Shown here piece by piece: positions 27,734 to 41,244 of a DNA stretch of 64,000 bases. The stretch spans positions 60,733,878-60,797,877 of the forward strand of contig NC_068989.1 in the NCBI RefSeq assembly GCF_001194135.2, in the 5' to 3' direction. Numbering within the stretch: position 1 is the stretch's first letter; each line of letters begins with the position of its first letter. The notes under the pieces are model-generated. The model made no database searches. It was not told where the DNA came from and was given only the letters and a program-made list of their open reading frames with translations. Position numbers and translations under genes: made by a program. Source of the stretch: Octopus bimaculoides (Eukaryota).

Positions 27734-28726
27734 TAATATATTTATATATTTATATATATACACACAACACACACTCACACACAATGGCAGGTATACATGC
27801 ATGGACACACACACAAATGAACCCACACATAACTCACATACATTCACAACAAACACTAACACATACACGCGCCTAAGTATATATACATGGACTTACACAC
27901 TACGCACATACACGCACACACACACACACACACAACATAACCCACGTGCGATCCACAGAGCAAACTGAACGCATATACACACACACGTACACACACATAT
28001 ATATACACATACACATACGCACACATAGATACAGGCGCACACTGCAAGACAAACACACTCACACAACATACCAATACACGCACACACATACTTAAATTCT
28101 GCTTGCTCACTTTCTACTGACCATCGTCCACAACCACTCCCAAATTATTCCTGCTACTAATTCCTTCCACAACGTTAATCGACACACACACACACACATA
28201 CTAACAGATAAACAGCCAAACCACACCCACCCACACACATACACGTTCTGTTATTATACAGACACACACNNNNNNNNNNNNNNNNNNNNNNNNNNNNNNN
28301 NNNNNNNNNNNNNNNNNNNNNNNNNNNNNNNNNNNNNNNNNNNNNNNNNNNNNNNNNNNNNNNNNNNNNNNNNNNNNNNNNNNNNNNNNNNNNNNNNNNN
28401 NNNNNNNNNNNNNNNNNNNNNNNNNNNNNNNNNNNNNNNNNNNNNNNNNNNNNNNNNNNNNNNNNNNNNNNNNNNNNNNNNNNNNNNNNNNNNNNNNNNN
28501 NNNNNNNNNNNNNNNNNNNNNNNNNNNNNNNNNNNNNNNNNNNNNNNNNNNNNNNNNNNNNNNNNNNNNNNNNNNNNNNNNNNNNNNNNNNNNNNNNNNN
28601 NNNNNNNNNNNNNNNNNNNNNNNNNNNNNNNNNNNNNNNNNNNNNNNNNNNNNNNNNNNNNNNNNNNNNNNNNNNNNNNNNNNNNNNNNNNNNNNNNNNN
28701 NNNNNNNNNNNNNNNNNNNNNNNNNN

Positions 28727-28761
<35 letters not shown>

Positions 28762-28781
28762 ATATATATATATATATATAA

Positions 28782-28812
<31 letters not shown>

Positions 28813-29159
28813 AGGTAGAATGTATGTTGGGTGATGTCATGTGATTGAATATATACGGAAAGAAAAAGATGAAAAGTCACAGATTTGTTTTAAAATACCA
28901 ATGAATATATTAGAATCATAATAGTAAATGTATTATACAATATTGTACAAAATAAGATTCTTTCTTCCAATATAATAAACAGTTTCGTTATTGCTTTTCA
29001 ATTCATAAGCGTTGGATGAATTTCGGAATTCGACGTTTTGTTCGCTAGGGGGAATAATTGGTAACCAAGGTATTTTACAGTAAAGGGGAAGTAATCTGTA
29101 TTTTTGATATTGGTCTACATTTTTTTCTTACAGTAGTTGGGGTAAAACTTTAATTTTCA

Positions 29160-29710
29160 ATATGGGTTTATATTTAATTCCGGCTTATATTTTTCGTTAA
29201 ATGAGGCCGCTTTATTTAGTCGTACTTGTGTTGGGATCCAAATAGGAAACTGATATAATGGGAAGATTAGTAATCTGTCAATGTGTTCACTGAGATATAT
29301 CTGGCGATATTTTGTGGAGGATATCTGTTGTCAGTTGACCGTACATCTCTGTCTGATCGACATTCCTGTCGACCCTGTATAGTTCTTATGGCAGCCCGAG
29401 CATCTGATAACATAAATGAGGTTTTCAGATGCGCAAGTGAATTCTTGCCCTTGTCTAAAATGGAATTCTGATCCTTCCAAAAGATTGGGACATGTTCCAC
29501 AGTTAGGACAACTTGCGTCCGTTATTCTTGAAAATAATTTAGCATTTGTGAGGATAATCCTTAATGTCTTTGTTTGTTTACTGCTTTTAATGATTTATGT
29601 GTACGTAGACTTTCCTTCAGCTTGGAATCCTTATGGAGTATTGGGAAATTTTGGACAATGATATTAATTGCTTGTTTCTGGGGTTGTATGTGGAGACATA
29701 CGGTAGTGTT
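29160..29710 (-). mobile_element. Penelope-like element relic: Cys-rich linker plus GIY-YIG endonuclease
   Basis: Minus-strand translation SCPNCGTCPNLLEGSEFHFRQGQEFTCASENLIYVIRCSGCHKNYTGSTGMSIRQR...SEHIDR..IFPLYQ...EKYKPELN*; one internal stop; upstream YVSTYNPRN. A Cys-rich linker ahead of the endonuclease is typical of Neptune-type PLEs. Confidence 0.88.
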
Positions 29711-32700
29711 TACAGAGTAGGTATGTTATTGTGCTCGACTTTTCTTAATGTTTTTATGTCATAGTTTTGGAAGAATCAGATTCCATCTGAATTCACACTG
29801 GAATCATATTCATACATTTAGTTATTCAAATATTTCATTCATGCAAAAGTCTTTCTAAAATTTTTCAAACGGAATGCATAGGATATAACATTTTATAAGC
29901 AACGCGTTTCAGACAAAGTAGTAAATGTATAGAGAGTTTATATAATATGAAATGTAATAAACAACGATTTACATGCTTTGGCAGTAAAATATGTATTTAC
30001 TTTATGGCGATTTTCCAACAAACCATGTTTATTTCTTTCTCTTTTTTAAGACTTTTATAACAAATGTTCACACATTAACTATTTATTAGAACCAATTACA
30101 CACACATACACACACATAAAGGCACATACACACACGCAAGCACGAACACACATACACATTCATAGAACGATATACATGTAGAAAGCACGCACAAACACCT
30201 TTCACTCACAAGAATGATAGTAATATATATCAAAACAGCTGGAAAAGTAATTAATACTATAATGATATTTGTGTGCTTCTGTATTAAATATCGTGTTATC
30301 CAAGTTTACTGACAAAGGAAATACAAGAAAAATGTTTTAAGCTTCGAGAAAATAAAATATACAATTAATGACAGTTTATGACTCATATCAAATGTGAAAA
30401 GGCAAGTAGCCTTTGGCATAGAGCAAAGTAACATAGAAACTATGCCAATGGTAATTGGACTCTGAGATATGAAAGTATGTAAACACTAATAATTTTAAAG
30501 ATAAATTTGAGACCATTTAAAGAGCGGTTGCCAAATGCTAACTAGAAGCTCTAAATATAGTGCAAACTTTCAAAGTAAAATATGTGTGTTTTCATCAAAA
30601 CGTTAATGATGCGTAGAATTGTTAGTTCACGCCGTCTGGAAACGCTTCTGAAGAAATGTAGGAAATAGCGTAAAATGGCGATTGTCCAAACCACAGTAGA
30701 AACAGTTGATATTTATCTGATATTTAGCCAAAGGTAAAGAATACAGGTAATTATTTTCGTGACTTGAGAATTTTATTTTAGTTACAGAAGATGTTCATTG
30801 AGGTCCAATGTGTTTAATTAAAATAAGCAGTTATTGTTAAATGCCTATTTTTATTGAGTAACAGTCTTAAACTTTACACATGGTTCCGTTTTGGATTTAA
30901 TGTGAAAGTCAATATATTAATAATATTTTCTATATGAATATCTATTTAATAAAATATTGCGTCATTAAAAGTTTAATTAATCCTCACTGGCAATAACCAC
31001 TGTTCTTCGGGTATGGTAGTCCTTCTTGATAGTTTCCAATCTGATCATCGAATATTATTTGACGTATCCAACTAATCAATATGTAACTTCTCTCCTTCAG
31101 TGGGACTTTAGCCTAAACAAGTTCTTATATCAAAAATGTTGCTTCATACCGCTTTGAAAGTATGCACTTAGCAAACTTCCCACCTGCAAAGGTTGCCAAG
31201 AAGCATAACGATTCTTCTGAAGCAGTGTATTATGACTATTTCCCAGATAGATGTTCTACATTTTGAAAACTTTGCTTCTCCATTAAAAATAAAAGTATTA
31301 ACAGCTTTGAAAATTCCAATTTCTTTAATGAGATTTTCAAATGTTATTTCCAATCGTCTATGCTAAACCATGGCTTCATAACTTATTTCGATAAATACCA
31401 CCTCGAAAGTTTCGCTAGAGAAATCAATTTTAAGTCCCCGTCGACAACGTCCTATGCATGCAGATTAAGATACGTATAACCGATTACTTTATCACATACA
31501 CAGTCGTGTTATACAAATTTACAATGGCACCTCTTCGACGTTATTGGTTTAGGAAGCTATGTTTTGATGCAGGGAGCAAATAATCAATCACCTGTTGTAC
31601 TCCTGTTGGTTTAATTCACAGGTAATGTTATTGTACTGTATATTCATAGAGACAACATTTAATTCTGTATTTTTTGTTACTGAATTCCTATCTGTCACAC
31701 ACACACACACACACACATCCCCCTCTCTCTCTCTTTGATCATTTATCATTTAAACACATTTTTGATTTACATTCAATACAGCGAACGATACGTTGAGGGA
31801 TGTCCAGTTATAGATTGCTTTATTCAAATTAATTTTATTATTATTTATCTAATTAAATTTGTGTGTATGTATGCAAATATATATATGTATANNNNNNNNN
31901 NNNNNATATATATATATATATATATAAAAGAATATGTTACCTAAAACATCTACATACATTCCTCTGTGAACCGTTAACACCTGTCACTCGTACAGAAGCC
32001 CGAACTACCATACGTACAACCCCACAAAATTCAGAGTTCAAATCTTATATTGAGTGAGGGTTAACATGTTATTCATTCTTTTGCCATTATTCTCACTGAA
32101 TGACTTGGAACATTGGTTATTGAAGAAGGAAAACATTTAAGTATCGAAATATTTAACCACATATGTTACAAGACGAAAGAAAATTTTGATATATCGACTT
32201 ATCGATTAAGGAGCCATATGAGACTTCCTTTCGATAATTAATTATTGGAAGGAAAACGTAGATCTATCCTAATATTTTCAACACGTGGTTTACTGGAAGT
32301 TAGAAAACTTTGATTTATCGAATTATGACCAATGTGTTTGCACTGCAGAAATGTTGTGTGAATGTTGGGAGGGATTTGTAGGACTTGGATATATATATAT
32401 ATATCTATAATTATGCTATTTAAGGAAATCAATATCTGTTAGATTTATACGAACGTGTTACAAATGAAGAATCTCTGGTTCAAATTTTGCCTGCATCGCT
32501 GATTTAATGATTTAGCTCAGAGTTTTCTAAATATTTTTTCTTCTTTCTGGTATTTACTGTACTTTTGTGGCATGAGTGAATTTGAGTTATCTAGAAGATA
32601 TCAAAAATACCATGCAGACTTAGGAAATAGCGGGTTCACTACTTAGTCTGGGTTCTTATCACACATTTCTAAATATAATCTGTCTGAAGATTATCATTTA

Positions 32701-34339
32701 AGATGACACCTTCATTATTAAGAACTTTCTGAATTTTTAATTATATTAATCTGAAAAAAAAACAAAACAAAGAATCTTTCGGTTCTAAAAGCAATATAGT
32801 TGGCATTAGCTAATTTGAAACTCATTCCTCGAAATCTGATAGGAACCAATTAGCAGTTTATCCGCAAAGCTGCTTTTATGATAATAATAGATTTTACATT
32901 ACTAAAAGCATTGGAGAATCGAGGTAAAAGCTAATTTGCTTTGCGTATTGATTGCTATTTTGAGCATTCTAATTTATTCACTTGCATTACATATTAACCC
33001 TTTGTATTCATGTTATAACTTTGAAAAACTATGTAGAAATATTTTGAAAGCATACGCGAACATGTGATTGTCAAAATATAAACTCTATTTTCCCTGTAGA
33101 TTTGATTTCCATTTTTAAACGTACGAATCTCTTGTATTGGAAATAATTGTAATTTGAGAAATTATACATTTTTTAATGAGTAATCGATACTAAATAACGG
33201 AAGCGTTAATTTTAAATATTCTTTGATCTCAAATTGTTTACAATACTCCATCATTATAGACAAATGTCTCTATTCACATAATTATTTTAGTGTAGAAACT
33301 TATATAGATTTCAAGGGGAAAAAATATTTGAAGTAGAATACGGATTGTTAGAATATAGATAAATTCTAACTCTGCAGCAGAAAACTGTCCCAATATTAAT
33401 TTCATTTCGTTTATTGAGGAAATTATACGAAATATAAAATATATAGTTTACTGCTATCAGATTTCTACTAAATTATTTCTTTACTTTCATAAATTAATAC
33501 CATATAGGATATTGAAAATGTCAGAGAGATATATTGCTGGAATATCTGAGGTATATGCATTGTGCATTTGAATATATTTCCATTACAAATAATATAACTT
33601 ATCTTTGAAATAGATCAATAAAATTGCCTCGTGTATAATCAAGAGTATCACGTCTCTGAATTCAACTGTGGATACATTTACTGTCTTTCATAATACAGTT
33701 GCTTTACATTGTTTTCCCAAAAGAATATGGACATTTATTTTCTAATTTCGTTATCTCAAGAAACATTGATATGCACATTCTAAAACAAAATGGTTTTGAA
33801 AGTTTAAATAAAAATCAAGATACTTAAAACCATTTATAAACAATTGTGCTTTCTTATGAATTAAACAAAAAAAAAAAAAAGAAAAGAAGGAAAATCACTT
33901 ATTGATGAAACGTTTTAAAAGTCTAAAAATAAATTCTAAATAACTTTTAACAAATTATCATCAGCAAAACTACCTTAAAAGAATAAAACAAATAAATAAA
34001 GAACAGCAACAAAATAATTTTAAACACGATAAATATGTTTGTTCCAGAATTTATTACATCTTTCTGTAATATTCATGAACATATTAATTTGAAATTTCAT
34101 ATAATTTTCATATTCAATAACACAAATAATTTCTTTTTCCGCTCAAGTATTTGACATCAATTTATGTTATCATCTCATTTAGTCAATATTTAATTGGTTC
34201 AAAGAACTAGTATGTTACTGGATATGAAAGTTAATATACATTTACACACGGTATTTTACTTAACATAATCAAAATAGATATAGAGTTTCTTAATATATCG
34301 TGGAAATACTCCATAATCATAGGCACAAGAGTATTTCCA

Positions 34340-34470
34340 CAATATATCAAGAAACTCTATATGGTTCCAGGTTAGTCACATTGAGTGACCCCTTGGACAC
34401 GTGTCTTCTACTATTACGTCAAACCAAACTATTTGGTAGACGGAAACTGAAAGAAGTCAATCGCATATAT
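34340..34470 (+). mobile_element. SINE family 1 5' fragment
   Basis: TGGTTCCAGGTTAGTCAC...GTGTCTTCTACTAT...TTTGGTAGACGGAAACTGAAAGAAG; runs into a (TA)n run and gap. Confidence 0.75.
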
Positions 34471-35574
34471 ATGTATATATATATATATAAATAAATAAAT
34501 ATATATATNNNNNNNNNNNNNNNNNNNNNNNNNNNNNNNNNNNNNNNNNNNNNNNNNNNNNNNNNNNNNNNNNNNNNNNNNNNNNNNNNNNNNNNNNNNN
34601 NNNNNNNNNNNNNNNNNNNNNNNNNNNNNNNNNNNNNNNNNNNNNNNNNNNNNNNNNNNNNNNNNNNNNNNNNNNNNNNNNNNNNNNNNNNNNNNNNNNN
34701 NNNNNNNNNNNNNNNNNNNNNNNNNNNNNNNNNNNNNNNNNNNNNNNNNNNNNNNNNNNNNNNNNNNNNNNNNNNNNNNNNNNNNNNNNNNNNNNNNNNN
34801 NNNNNNNNNNNNNNNNNNNNNNNNNNNNNNNNNNNNNNNNNNNNNNNNNNNNNNNNNNNNNNNNNNNNNNNNNNNNNNNNNNNNNNNNNNNNNNNNNNNN
34901 NNNNNNNNNNNNNNNNNNNNNNNNNNNNNNNNNNNNNNNNNNNNNNNNNNNNNNNNNNNNNNNNNNNNNNNNNNNNNNNNNNNNNNNNNNNNNNNNNNNN
35001 NNNNNNNNNNNNNNNNNNNNNNNNNNNNGATTTCTGTCTTTGAGACTTTTTCAACTTAGAGTAAGGCATGGAAATCAATTAAATTGTGGAAAAATTAAAT
35101 GAAATATTAAAAAAAATATTTCCATAGTTTTCAAATGCAAGGGACATTTTTCTTTTTTCTCTCTGTCTCTGTCTCTCTTTTTTACTCTTGCAAGGGCTGG
35201 GTAGCACGTAGCCGGTAGTAGCAGTCCTAATATTTGATATGAGTTCTTGGTTTTGATTGTTTAAGTAGCAATGGAAGCTGAGGAAGGAGGCGGAGAAGAA
35301 GAAGAGGAAGTAGTAAAGGAAGAAGAAAAAAGAAGAAAAAGAAGAAGAAAAAGAGGGAGTAGGAAAAGAGTAGAAAGAATAATAAAAATGCTGGAGTGTT
35401 ATGACAGTCGTAGGATGTTGGTTGAATCCTCTTAAATGGTCAAGTGACCTAAAAGTGATCTGTTGAGGTTGTAATAGTAGTGACTGAAATTGTTTTGAAT
35501 AAATTCCTGCGTAGTGACTGTTCTGAATATATCGTTTTTAATATTTGTGAGGGTATTATTCTAAGGCCCTTGTG

Positions 35575-35900
35575 GAGTACGCATTCAAAAGGGGTTTATA
35601 TTTTGTGATAAAATATGACGATTTGCTCATGTGCTGACTACAGGTTGCATCATACCGGAATTTATAGGGGGAAAATTCTGAAGCTGGCTTGTTTGTTAGT
35701 GGTGCAAATGTCGATTTGTTCGCTGAATGCTATTTTTCTCTATTCCCAAATTTTAACCTGGGATCTATGTAGAACTATCCTTTAACGTGGACAGTTTTTG
35801 GCTTAGTCCATGTATTACTCTCGACATCGACAGCAAGTTAATACATATATTAGGTTCTCCGAAACACATGTGAAGTTGTTTTTCACTGTACTGGCGAGTA
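35575..35900 (-). mobile_element. Penelope-like GIY-YIG endonuclease relic, same family as the 29.2-29.7 kb copy
   Basis: Minus-strand translation KNNFTCVSENLIYVLTCCRCRE...FSEQIDIC...FRIFP...YFITKYKPLLN, collinear with the 29-kb copy; stops and a frameshift. Confidence 0.82.
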
Positions 35901-35941
35901 TTGTGTGTTGACACTTCAACATGGCTGTTCCGTCCGAATGT

Positions 35942-36544
35942 ACGTTACTGCAATTTTTTAAACTCAAGAAGACATTTCCTCCAGCTGGTTAACGATGCTG
36001 CCAGGATCTGATATATTGCAAGCAAGGGAACGAAGCCCTACCACATTTTAGCCTGTTTTCGGGCTATTTCTGACGTTCGTCATTATTGGACACCACGTCT
36101 TCTATAGATGGTAGTAGTTCGCTTCTGTTCGTAATATAAATAAATTCAAGTGACATTCGGTTGCTGATCTTGCAACAAGCAAAGAAAGTAGTTCTAAAAC
36201 TTTTGTAAGACATGAACGCAGTAACTGCACTGGCAAGTAATATTTGTCGCCACTTGAATATGGTTGTTCTGTTCGAACGGCAAGAGAACATTTCCTCTTG
36301 CTGGTTAATGATGCAACCTGAATCCGATATATTGTGAGCAGTGACGTCCGTTTATATATATTATGGAAAGAAGCGAGCAACTGCCATCTCTAGCAGATGT
36401 GGTGTCCAGTACTGAAGACGGTCAGATATAGCTCGTAACCAAACTGGTCTACTGGTCCCGTAGCTAGAATGCTCACAATATATTGGATGCAGGCTGTATC
36501 GTTAGAGGAAATGTCTCTTGGGGTTAAAAAATTGCAGTAACGTC
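35942..36544. mobile_element. MITE-like element with about 80-bp inverted ends and a third internal partial copy
   Basis: 35942-36023 (ACGTTACTGCAATTTTTTAAACTCAAGAAGACATTTCCTC...) is the inverse of 36470-36544; a partial direct copy lies at about 36288-36340. Confidence 0.6.
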
Positions 36545-37106
36545 TGTTATAGATATAAATGGCACTGGAGTTACTTCAGAAGATTCTTTTTGTCCGTCAA
36601 GTATACAACAAACGAGAGAAAGAGAAAATGAAATTCACAAGCCTCCTTATTGTTCACAACAATCGTTTAGACTCATGCTGCATCAGTCTCTTGTGGGCGA
36701 GATTGTGAACAACTGGTTGTAGTGTATCCTTCTGTCAGATATGCATCTTTAGGTGACTTTACAACAGGTCAGTTCATTGAGCAAAGTACCATTTAAGTAA
36801 CGCACTCAATGAACTCACCTTTATACCAATGATTATGTCATGAAATATTTATAGCGTATCCCTTTTCCATCTGAAGAATAAGGCTGTAATTTCAGATATT
36901 TAGTTACTATTTCATATAGACAATGAATACATACTTTTCGATGGCACAACTATACAGGGCGTTTTATGGTAGTTTTGACACTAATTGACAGATACTGTTC
37001 TAGTAATTGAAACCGAATTACTTCATTTACAAATATAGAACACGCTTATACAACAAAAAGTCCTTTGATACTGCAGATCAATCACTCAGTCCAGGAATTC
37101 TAGAGA

Positions 37107-37164
<58 letters not shown>

Positions 37165-37208
37165 CCTATGTATATATGTATGTATGTAAGTATGTAATTA
37201 TGTATCTA

Positions 37209-37255
<47 letters not shown>

Positions 37256-37260
37256 GTCTG
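37107..37260. repeat. Compound (TATC)n/(TATG)n/(TCTG)n microsatellite, left flank of the LINE
   Basis: Direct reading. Confidence 0.95.
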
Positions 37261-38975
37261 GCGGGTGGAGTGTGTCTGCATACGCGGACAACGTCACTGT
37301 CATAGTGTCGAGCCACAAGTAGATCGACCTGGTCGTCGAGACACTAAAAGAACACGAAGCGGTAAGAGAAGCAAAAAATTAACCGGGAAAAGTCAGTGGG
37401 CTTGCGGCTCGTCACCTGGAGAAGCAAGCCCATGCCGTCCAACAGCGTCTCCATCGTGGGATGCTGGACCGACGGACCAGTTAAACTGCTCGGAATCTGG
37501 TTCGGTCCGGATCTTCAAATGGAGAGGAACCGGCGCGAAATAACGACTAGAGAGACCACTCTCACCTAACAATGAGCCAAGAGGAAGCTATCCTTAAAAG
37601 GTCGGGCAGAGGTGGCGAACGCGTACATTGCATGTGTCATCGAGTACCGACTGACCGTCATGCCTTGTCCCGATCCTACCATCACCAAACTGGAACGCAT
37701 ACTGTTTCACTTCTTGTGGAAGGGAAGCGTTCCGATGGTTAAGCGATCCAATTGCTGTCAACATCCGCTAAATGGAGGGCTAGGCATGCCGTGGTTGATG
37801 ATTCACCGTCATGCGCTGAGACTGCGACATCTCCGGCGCTTTATAGACGAAGGTGAACAGGTGTGATCGCCGTTTGCTTGACACGCTTTCCCGCAGCTCG
37901 TCTCCTTGGCCGAACTGCAGTCGCGAATCAAATAGAGACCGAGGCTAGGCGAATGGCACCGCAAGTGTTGCGTTGCTCTCAAGCAACTCTGCCATCTGGG
38001 ACCAAACTTGTGCGACTTCATGCAACAAAGGTGTTCTATAGAGGATTAGTCGAGGGGAGGTCCGACGACGTTCTCGGGCAAAATCTGGGCGTCGACGAGG
38101 AACACCTGACCCGCCTGTTCAGGATAACTTTCGGACCGGGACCTATGGACAATCACCAAAGATCTCTGGCCTGGAAGGGCTATCGAGAAGTATTATCTGT
38201 TCGGGATAAGCTCTACAGGCATCGTTCGAGACACACCAGACCGACTTGCCCAAGATGCGGTCAGAGTGACGAAACCGTTCTGCTCGCACTCGTGCAGTGT
38301 TCAATCATTTCAGACCTGTGGGCTTATGCCGAACAGCTGCTGTCGCGTATGAGACGAGTCCGCCTGTCGGCCGAGTCTATCCTGGTGATTGCCCCTCCAC
38401 CTTCTCTCAACCGGGAAGCCAAAAGCAGTCTTCATCGTATTGGCGGCCACGGTGAAAGAATGTGTGTGGTGGACTCGAGCGAAAGAATTAGAGACAAACA
38501 CTTACCTCTCTGGTCAATCACTCATCATCTTTTTCAAGTACCACTTGAAAAGGAAGGTGAGAATCGAGAGGCAGGTTTTGCCTCGTGAAAGTCTCAAACA
38601 AAAGTAGGTGAATGTAGCAAAATTTGTGCGTGCGAGCGACGGAACCACTTTGAGCATGATCCTGTAAATAGAAAAAAGAAAGAGAGAGAGAGAGAGCACT
38701 TTGCTCTCATGTGTTTATTCCCTCCCTGCCTAAGGCTACCGTGGTCTTTTCCGTAGGCTTTTCTTTCCACGGATAAACCTAATCTTACTTCTTTCATTTA
38801 AAAAATGTCTGGTGATGCACCATCCCTTTTGATCGCCTTTTTCTCCCTTTTTTCTCCGGCCCTTTTCATCGGGATTTTCTCTTTTTTCCCCCTTTTTCTT
38901 TTTAATTTTCGAAAAGAAAAGCTCTACATTTGTATTTGTCCCCTCTGTGTTCAGCCTTGTGTGACCAATAAAGAT
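37261..38975 (+). mobile_element. 5'-truncated L1/Tx1-clade non-LTR retrotransposon (ORF2 3' half plus 3'UTR), inactivated
   Basis: Begins at RT domain 5 SAYADNVTVIVSS (YADD to YADN), then GPVKLLGIWFG, KLSLKGRAEVANAYIACVIEYRL, LFHFLWKG, GGLGMPW, and C-terminal CPRCGQSDETVLLALVQC (CCHC-type, His lost). Pyrimidine-rich 3'UTR, AATAAA at 38967-72. GC-rich relative to the flanks; multiple stops and frameshifts. Confidence 0.92.
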
Positions 38976-38986
38976 GTCTGTCTGTG

Positions 38987-39021
<35 letters not shown>

Positions 39022-39028
39022 GTCAGTG

Positions 39029-39101
<73 letters not shown>

Positions 39102-39290
39102 GCTAATCTGTTTTATCTGTCTGTCTTTCTGTCTGTTTCCTTGTCTATCTGCTTGTTATTCTACCTCTGTTTCTACCTACTATGTATGTATGTATGTATG
39201 TATGTATGTATGTATGTATGTATGTATGTATGTATGTATGAATGTATCTATGTATCTATCTATCTATCTATCAGCTCGTCTGTCTGTCTG
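38975..39290. repeat. Compound (TCTG)n/(TATC)n/(TATG)n microsatellite, right flank of the LINE
   Basis: Direct reading. Confidence 0.95.
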
Positions 39291-39440
39291 CCTGTGTTTC
39301 TTTCTCTGTGTGTGTTTGTGTAAGCATTTATGTATATGTGTGTGTGTATAAATATATATATTTGTATATATAAATATAGTTATACGTATATATGTTCCAG
39401 CCCATAGGTTGCGGCCATGCCGGATATATGTATATATATC

Positions 39441-39525
<85 letters not shown>

Positions 39526-40647
39526 GACTCGTATTGGTATAATGTTTATTAATTACGCTACTGAGCTTATGCATGTCTGTACATGCGTATGTACACATCC
39601 CATGAAGCTATATTAACATAAAAGAAACATTAATGAATTCACGGAAATATAATATTGCCTTTAATGAAAAGAGCATATTATTAGGCAACAAGACAGTTTT
39701 GGGGCCTAATAAAGAGGGCATGCTCTAATGTTTATGTTCTGTTCGACTAGTTTGATGTCTTCATAGATATAAATGGAAATATAAGTTGAAATCAATCTAT
39801 GACAAGCTAGCACATCGAAAGCTGGGTTTAGTCAAGTGCAACGCGTTAGATCACTCACAGTCATAGTCTATAGTCAACTTGTTCAAAGGTTAGATGTGGT
39901 TTTAGTTGTTTTGCATTCATGGAGTATAATAATATTATTGGCTTTTACATTGTATTTAATTTCACTGTCTAATGGTTAAATTTATTGATTATATTCTATG
40001 CTAACAGATGCGAGACGGCACATACAATACATGTTTAAAGAAGTATGTAACGTATATTTATACTAAGGATTATTATTACTTCTCCCAAGAATAACTTCAG
40101 TATCGATTCTGAAAAGAACACACACGCACACACACACACATACACACGTGCGAGCGCGCACCACACCGTCTCCGATGAAGGGATATAAAAATATACTGGA
40201 AACAGCTGTAAGACCTATTTATAAATGTTCTAAAATCTGCAGCCTTGGTTTTTAATCTCATTCTGAAATATAATTTGTGTGTGTGTGTGTGTATACACAC
40301 ATATAGAGACAGACAGACAGACAGGGAAATAGAGAGATAGTGAGAGTTATAATGTTATATATAGACATGTATATATATATATATATATATATATATNNNN
40401 NNNNNNNNNNNNNNNNNNNNNNNNNNNNNNNNNNNNNNNNNNNNNNNNNNNNNNNNNNNNNNNNNNNNNNNNNNNNNNNNNNNNNNNNNNNNNNNNNNNN
40501 NNNNNNNNNNNNNNNNNNNNNNNNNNNNNNNNNNNNNNNNNNNNNNNNNNNNNNNNNNNNNNNNNNNNNNNNNNNNNNNNNNNNNNNNNNNNNNNNNNNN
40601 NNNNNNNNNNNNNNNNNNNNNNNNNNNNNNNNNNNNNNNNNNNTATA

Positions 40648-40678
<31 letters not shown>

Positions 40679-40685
40679 TTATATA

Positions 40686-41020
40686 TTACCGAGGTGTACT
40701 TGCATAGCAAGTGACCTGATTTGATATTGTGTGCTGAAAAAGAAACAATTTCAGCGTGGAAGGTGTTTATAAGCCATTTTAAAGCACACAAAACCGTTCC
40801 ATTCACTTCAACATTTACATTTAATTTGGCAAAATATTATTGTCGCTTTGTGACCGCGACTTGTTCGCTGACAAAATGCAGCACGGAATTTTTTCAGTGA
40901 ACAGGTCGCGGTCACGAAGGGACGAAAATATTTTGCCAAATTAAATGTAAATGTTGAAGAGAATGGAACGGTTTTTGTGTGTTTTGAAATGGCTTATAAA
41001 CACCTTCCACGCTGCAATTG
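40686..41020. mobile_element. Palindromic (foldback) MITE
   Basis: Arms of about 133 bp at 40744-40876 and 40888-41020 are near-perfect reverse complements (CAGCGTGGAAGGTGTTTATAAGCCATTT...GTGACCGCGAC versus GTCGCGGTCAC...AAATGGCTTATAAACACCTTCCACGCTG); second partial copy at 19.7 kb. Confidence 0.9.
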
Positions 41021-41244
41021 TGTTTGTGTGTGTATATATATAAATATTTACACATATATGTATGTATTTTGTAGAAAATTTAACAGATGTATTTTGGAAG
41101 AATAAGCGGAATTTACGTAGTTTAGAATCTAAGAAAATGCAATGAATCAATAAGACAGGTAGTGCCAACATAAAATCGTACTGTTTAAAATTACAATGTT
41201 TTCTATTTACTTATACAATAACAAATTCGAATTCCATAAAATAG

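Noticed and set aside
30290-30480. Possible R4/Dong-type REL endonuclease relic (NIETMPMVIGL)
   Set aside because: Only one short, weak motif; insufficient to call.
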